Shown: positions 59,276 through 64,000 of the stretch, one piece after another
Numbering within the stretch: position 1 is the first letter of the stretch
Layout: the number at the start of each line of letters is the position of its first letter
From: an uncultured Nitrospirota bacterium
Lineage (GTDB): Bacteria; Nitrospinota; Nitrospinia; CAJXCL01
Assembly (NCBI GenBank): GCA_913051775.1
Contig: CAJXCL010000006.1
Location: 7,447-71,446, forward strand
DNA length: 64,000 nt
Direction: 5' to 3'
The notes under the pieces: model-generated
Told to the model about the DNA's origin: nothing
The model's input: the letters and a program-made list of their open reading frames with translations, nothing else
The model's database searches: none
Translations under genes and position numbers: made by a program

Positions 59276-60130
59276 TTTGCCGGACAATGGTGTCGGTAAC
59301 GCGTGATGGGGTTCTCCATCTACACTCATGCTATGGATTACTTCATTAGTATTAGCATCGATCTGGTGCAGCATTCTACCAAAAGTTTCTGCAACCCAGT
59401 ATGATTTGTTGTCCGGCATTAAACCTATATTGCATAATCCTTCCGCGTCTTTAATCTCGATGCTTCCAACCTCTTTTTTACTCTTGGCGTCATAGATTCC
59501 CACTCTGCTTTCGCCCCTCAAAGTCACCAGTATACGTTTTTTATCGGGTGAAAAAGCTACGCCGTGAGGATTTTTCCCTACTTTAAACTCTCCAACCTTT
59601 TTTCTATTTTTCCAGTCGACAATTGAGACTTTATTCCCGCTGCCGCCAGCCACGTAAACATTTCCATCTGGACCAAAGACAAACTGGTGAGAATCACTTG
59701 GCGTCTTGATAATATCGTATTTCCCGGTTATCCGGTCCAAAACAATAACTTTTTTATTCTGACTGGCAGAGATTACGTGTTTTCCGTCAGGCGCTACAAG
59801 GATTCCACAATTTTTAGTTGTTTCAGGAATTGGAAACCATTTACTAACGCCCTTTTTGGCAATATTATATTCCACAATATCACCCGGAGGCATAGCGTTC
59901 ATATATAAATATTTTTTATCCGGAGACATAGCTACCCCGTGAGATCCCAGTATAGGCAATGGCGAATAAGATACAACGGTTTTTGTTTCCGGGTTGATAA
60001 GAGCCATTTGTTTGGTTTTATCAAGAATTACGCGAATAAGGTAATCAGGTTCAGCGTGTACCGTAATTACAGAAGCGATCATAGAAAAAATAAAAATAAA
60101 TACAGACAAAACTGCCGTTTTTTTTAACAT
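59273..60130 (-). CDS. Secreted YncE/YVTN-type beta-propeller protein
   Basis: Signal peptide; six repeats such as HGVAMSPD, CGILVAPDG, HQFVFGPDG, HGVAFSPD, CNIGLMPD. Confidence 0.85.
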   Translation of the reverse strand: MLKKTAVLSVFIFIFSMIASVITVHAEPDYLIRVILDKTKQMALINPETKTVVSYSPLPILGSHGVAMSPDKKYLYMNAMPPGDIVEYNIAKKGVSKWFPIPETTKNCGILVAPDGKHVISASQNKKVIVLDRITGKYDIIKTPSDSHQFVFGPDGNVYVAGGSGNKVSIVDWKNRKKVGEFKVGKNPHGVAFSPDKKRILVTLRGESRVGIYDAKSKKEVGSIEIKDAEGLCNIGLMPDNKSYWVAETFGRMLHQIDANTNEVIHSMSVDGEPHHALPTPLSGK

Positions 60131-60230
60131 TTTTTATCTCTCCAAAAAATAAATTATTGAAAAAAACTTTATAGCTAAAATTTTTTTAATTAAAAATCAC
60201 CCCTTTCTCTGTTAATTTGTTATATAGTAA

Positions 60231-60345
60231 GTAAGCCTGCCTTAAAAAACGAGGTATCAAAGGAAATGAGAGGGATTGCATCCCCCTTGCCCTCGCTCTG
60301 CATTCATCCCCGCCATAAATAGCTGGATATTCTGCGATTATTTCA
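60231..60345. mobile_element. Probable IS200/IS605-family end remnant
   Basis: gcattcatccccgccataaatagctggatattctgcg subterminal hairpin resembling IS605-type ends; no transposase. Confidence 0.4.
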
Positions 60346-60437
60346 TAAAGCGGCCAATGGGTCGCAACCAAATAGGGCTTCCGTCCTGGCAAAAAAACTT
60401 TCTCAAAAAAGAAGTTTTTACAGTTTATAGCATAAAG

Positions 60438-60830
60438 TTAAGATTTTTTCGAGATCGATCTTAAAAAGTTTATTATGTCCCAAATCTCATTATTCTTAAG
60501 GATCAAGCCAAATGGAGGCATCTCAAACCATATACCTCCGTTTTTGATTTTTTGAAATAAAAAACCATCTGAAATGTCGGCAATCGTTCCGTCCGTAAAA
60601 TCCCATGGAACCACTTCAAAACTTTCAGCAGAAGGTCCATTCCCATCCGCTTTTTCTCCATGACAAACGGAACATTTTTCAAAAAAAAGCTTATTTCCAT
60701 TTGAAATAGATTTTGAGTCAGCGGCTCGAGGATTTTTAATTGCGTCAACATCGATTTCTTTTTCTTTGGCGTAACTAAAACAGGTTAAAATAAAAAAGAC
60801 ACCAAGAGTTAAGGCGATTAATCTCATCAT
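60438..60830 (-). CDS. Periplasmic monoheme cytochrome c
   Basis: Signal peptide, KNP..GNKLF..CSVCHG..DGNGP, SDG.LF.KI.NG, MPPF. Confidence 0.9.
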   Translation of the reverse strand: MMRLIALTLGVFFILTCFSYAKEKEIDVDAIKNPRAADSKSISNGNKLFFEKCSVCHGEKADGNGPSAESFEVVPWDFTDGTIADISDGFLFQKIKNGGIWFEMPPFGLILKNNEIWDIINFLRSISKKS

Positions 60831-61051
60831 AATTCCTTTCATTATAACTTTAAAGGGATTTATAATCAAAAGGATTTTAGTTGGTTTCCATCTCTAATAG
60901 GGTATAAAGATAATCTCGTACTATGTTCTTTTTTAATGGATTTTTGAGGTTTTGTGGTTTTCGACAGACAGGCAAGTTGTGGCATTTATAATGATTGACT
61001 TTTAAAAACAACAAATATCGTTATGGACAAAAGAGCTGATTCCTGCAAGAT

Positions 61052-61849
61052 CTATGCAAGTGAACTCCCCGTACGCATGGTGTTCTGCTCTGCGGTGAGA
61101 TAGATGATCTGATTCATACGAAAGACCTTGTCATATAGGTCTTCCTTTATGTACTGGGAATGAAACACCCGGGCGTCGAAGATGGCTAATCTATTGGGCT
61201 TCATCTCCACGAGTTGCAGCAATTCCCAAAACTCATTTCCATCGTTGATATAGTTATTCCCCTTGGCGGCGAACAAGGGGTTGAAGATCATACTGCGTTG
61301 GAAGTTTTCATAGCCTTCCTCTGTTTGAAAGAATTCGTTACTCAGTTCGAGTCGCTCGGCCAATTGCCAAACCTCTTGATCCGGCGTGATAGGGAGCCTT
61401 GGCAGCCGTTCTAAATCTGTCGGACGATGGCGATAGAGTGCGGTTCCTCCGGTAGAGGACTGCTCAGGATTCAGATAGATCAATGCGGTAATATCCGGGT
61501 CTATGTGTGGTGCACGCTGCCCGATATTGAGTCGGTAGTCCATTGTGGTTAGGGCTTGAAAAACGGCTAACTGGGGTTGAAAAAACGAATATAGCTGCGA
61601 TCCCCAAAGTTGACTTATTGCGTTGATAACGGGTTCGGTACTTATATTGATTTGCGCTCGACGTCCGGGGAAGTTTCCGGTGAGATCATAATGGTCGGTA
61701 TAGGGCAGTTTGGCTATAACCTGTAGAATCTTTTCCAGGTCCTTATAGAAATTATCAACCAGGACTGCTTTATGCTTCCCCTTGCCAACGTATGCTACTT
61801 GACTCTTTAAATTAGGGTTAATCTCTAGGAGGTCATCATTTATTTCCAC
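61052..61849 (-). CDS. DUF6445-like 2OG-Fe(II) oxygenase-fold protein
   Basis: VDNFY, FPGRR, PHID, LIYLN, GGTALYRH, NRLAIF..FHS. Confidence 0.75.
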   Translation of the reverse strand: MEINDDLLEINPNLKSQVAYVGKGKHKAVLVDNFYKDLEKILQVIAKLPYTDHYDLTGNFPGRRAQINISTEPVINAISQLWGSQLYSFFQPQLAVFQALTTMDYRLNIGQRAPHIDPDITALIYLNPEQSSTGGTALYRHRPTDLERLPRLPITPDQEVWQLAERLELSNEFFQTEEGYENFQRSMIFNPLFAAKGNNYINDGNEFWELLQLVEMKPNRLAIFDARVFHSQYIKEDLYDKVFRMNQIIYLTAEQNTMRTGSSLA

Positions 61850-61881
61850 AGCTTTTCTCCTTAAAGTTCGAGATCATATAT

Positions 61882-61897
61882 ATCAATTTGCATGCCA
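61882..61897 (-). promoter_or_regulatory. Putative sigma54 (-24/-12) promoter
   Basis: TGGCAT-GCAAA-TTGAT on the minus strand ~33 nt upstream of the start; palindrome GTTAC-N6-GTAAC at 61984-61999. Confidence 0.5.
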
Positions 61898-62388
61898 TCT
61901 TTATACATTCTTGATTTATTTCTTACAGTATTGATATATTTGGAGAAATCTAAAATAATGAGTTTTGGAGGGAATGCAGCGATGTTACATATGAGTAACG
62001 GGAAGGATATAATGACAAATCATAACGCTCTTTACTCCCAAGTGCAATCATGTATATTGTGATGTATCTAATTAAGCATACAATATATTGGATAAAAAGA
62101 GCAAAATGTAATTGGACGGTTAAATTGGCCTTAAGTTAACTAATAATACTTAATCTAAACAACAGTTACTTTACATATTTCCAAGTCAAGCTTTTTTTGA
62201 GATGACTTCAACTTTGAGCGGGTGGCAAGCCTGACTTCGCCCCAACAAGAATAAATTTGCCACAAAGAGACTAAGAAAGAAAGAAAAATCTTCAAGATTT
62301 TGTGGCTTAGCGGAAAAAAATCAATATGTTGTAGAAAAACAGTGCAAAAAAAAATGTTACCGGTTGGCAATGCAAAAGAAGTATCTAA

Positions 62389-63624
62389 TTACAACATCTT
62401 TTGTGCCACGATTTCTAATCCTTGAAATTTTAAAGAGAGATTGCAACCGGGGTACTTGCTGTAAGCATCCGTTTCATCTTTGTATTCGTTGGAGTCTAAA
62501 TGTGTGACTTTAAATCCGGATTGTTTGATGTCAGAGATAAGGGTTTGACAGAAATCATCTTCAATTTCAATGAGGGATTCTAAGTAACCGGAAGTCAACT
62601 TTTTTTTGAATTCAGCATCATCTGCCTGACGCAGAATTCGGAGTTCCACGTCAGTATCCAAAATCTCAAGTATTCCGTCAGGTTCAAGACTTTCCCAAGC
62701 CCAGCGAAGGAATTTTTTCCTTTCCATTCGTTTTAAATGATGCATGAATTTATTTGACATAATTAAGCCGAATTTTAAATTTTGCGGGGCTTTGTCCGGG
62801 AAATCGGCATCAAGGATTTCAATGTTCCGCTTGCCCAACATAGTTTTGTAATGAGTGAGGCATTGGAAGATGAAGGGCATGCAATCGGTTAAAACCAGCC
62901 TGGGATAATTTCCAGGCCAGTTAAAAATCACTCTAAGGCCGGCCAGGCCGGTTGCTACATCCATCAGAGACTGGTTCAGGTTGCGGGGCTTAGGCTCAAC
63001 TGGATTTTGCCAGGGGAAATTCTTTGTCTCAAACACGTAATAGCTATAACATTCACTCAACAATCTTATGATTTCCGGGTCTTTATAAAACAGAGGATCT
63101 TTTCTAAGGGTCAGGGCCAGTTGCTGAAATAGGAAGTCCATCTTGCGGTTCAGCGACACCAGTTGTAGATTTGCTTTCACTACTCTACCTGATGGTTCCG
63201 TAACTCTCCGTCTATCGTGAACAGAAGCGGCGCCTGATAAAGGAACTCTTGGATTCGTTGGAACCGCCGGATTCCCAGATGTTTCAGGTTCGAAGAAATC
63301 ACCATACTCTTTTTGCAGGTTTTTATTGATGAGATCAAAATTTAATAATACTGATAGTCTTTCGTGCTGAAGATAAACCAGGTCAGCCAGGTCAATCATC
63401 ATTTCCGGGTAAATAGCGCACAGCAGCGTATTGAAACACTCCTGGTATTCCATTCCCTTTGGAGTATCGGCAAATCCCAGTAATTTATTCAAATGCTCAA
63501 ATAGAGCTTTTGCCCGTATATCCAGCACAGGTAAAAAGGAATTTTTTAATCCTAAAAAGGATCTTCCTCTACCGGTCAGTAAAGGAAGTTTATCCGAAGT
63601 TTTTACAAAAATAGGGCAGTTCAA
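62389..63624 (-). CDS. Class I SAM-dependent methyltransferase domain protein
   Basis: LMDVATGLAG, FMHHL, LEPDG.L.ILD; likely TTG start at 63624 after AAAGGT SD. Confidence 0.72.
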   Translation of the reverse strand: MNCPIFVKTSDKLPLLTGRGRSFLGLKNSFLPVLDIRAKALFEHLNKLLGFADTPKGMEYQECFNTLLCAIYPEMMIDLADLVYLQHERLSVLLNFDLINKNLQKEYGDFFEPETSGNPAVPTNPRVPLSGAASVHDRRRVTEPSGRVVKANLQLVSLNRKMDFLFQQLALTLRKDPLFYKDPEIIRLLSECYSYYVFETKNFPWQNPVEPKPRNLNQSLMDVATGLAGLRVIFNWPGNYPRLVLTDCMPFIFQCLTHYKTMLGKRNIEILDADFPDKAPQNLKFGLIMSNKFMHHLKRMERKKFLRWAWESLEPDGILEILDTDVELRILRQADDAEFKKKLTSGYLESLIEIEDDFCQTLISDIKQSGFKVTHLDSNEYKDETDAYSKYPGCNLSLKFQGLEIVAQKML

Positions 63625-63628
63625 ATCA

Positions 63629-64000
63629 TTACCTTTGTTTGGCATATATCTGGGGCAGTCGATTAGTTCCGTACTTTGAGATATAGAGGAAAACATGTTC
63701 GCGCGCGTTGATCCGCACAGCCCAGGGTTCGAAATCATTGCGATAGATATCTTCGGAAAGCTCCATAGCCTCCATACAGGTGATGCCTATCGGCTTGTTA
63801 AGTGTGTAATAGTAGTCGAGCGGTATATCATATTCGTCCTGCTTGTGAATCGTGATTCCGAACCTCTCCGGGTTTTGAACAATCGGCGAGTGGCGATACG
63901 CAACAAAATTAGACATTTCAACCGAATGAATGTTTTCCTTATTTTCAAGAAGGAACTCTCGTGTCTCCCCGACCTCTTCCCTAGTTTCTCCGGGGAAGCC
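63629..64000 (-). CDS. C-terminal part of a B12-binding-type radical SAM protein (truncated by window edge)
   Basis: Frame is open to the window end: GFPGETREEVGETREFL..SNFVAYRHSPI..NPERFGI. Confidence 0.75.
   Translation of the reverse strand, partial: GFPGETREEVGETREFLLENKENIHSVEMSNFVAYRHSPIVQNPERFGITIHKQDEYDIPLDYYYTLNKPIGITCMEAMELSEDIYRNDFEPWAVRINAREHVFLYISKYGTNRLPQIYAKQR

Noticed and set aside
60186-60392. 68-aa ORF as a real gene
   Set aside because: It reads through an IS-end-like hairpin and has no SD or domain
63625-63738. N-terminal extension of the methyltransferase ORF
   Set aside because: It overlaps the 3' end of the radical SAM gene; TTG 63624 with an SD is more plausible
1-64000. 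CRISPR array, rRNA, tRNA or intact transposase/integrase
   Set aside because: No regularly spaced direct repeats, cloverleafs, rRNA-like tracts or DDE/HUH/tyrosine-recombinase ORFs seen

Overview
AT-rich bacterial chromosomal window, Gram-negative; gene content and synteny suggest Nitrospinota or a deltaproteobacteria-like lineage (inference). In order: an LPS/glycan cluster (GT4/GT2/GT9, methyltransferase, broken sulfotransferase, gmd, msbA), an HpnN-like MMPL transporter, the conserved Trm112-lptCAB-rpoN-hpf-ptsN-EIIA(Man)-EI-metK-thyX-surE-ogt run (no HPr or RapZ), csp, rpsU, mfd, a split ArgZ/AgrE-like arginine catabolism pair, a two-component system plus DegP, an uncharacterised ATP-grasp ligase plus M20 hydrolase pair, mobB, an APC permease-EIIA-TrkA_C fusion, phzF, a decayed vapBC, rsmE-purH-purD-outer-membrane barrel, nrdJ with NrdR boxes, and cvpA. 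The most novel-looking part is a roughly 6.4 kb sulfur-relay operon. It encodes two cytochromes c, a His/Cys-lined beta-propeller, a Tat-exported SoxY-like protein with a superoxide-reductase-type iron-site motif, a SoxZ-like protein, YeeE, DUF302, an HMA-like protein, DsrE/F/H-like proteins and two TusA, with no soxABX/CD in the window. Intergenic spaces hold several families of small palindromic or MITE-like repeats; these include a nested element and one copy lying in-frame inside nrdJ. No rRNA, tRNA, CRISPR array or intact transposase was seen. All calls come from motif recognition by eye, with no database searches.
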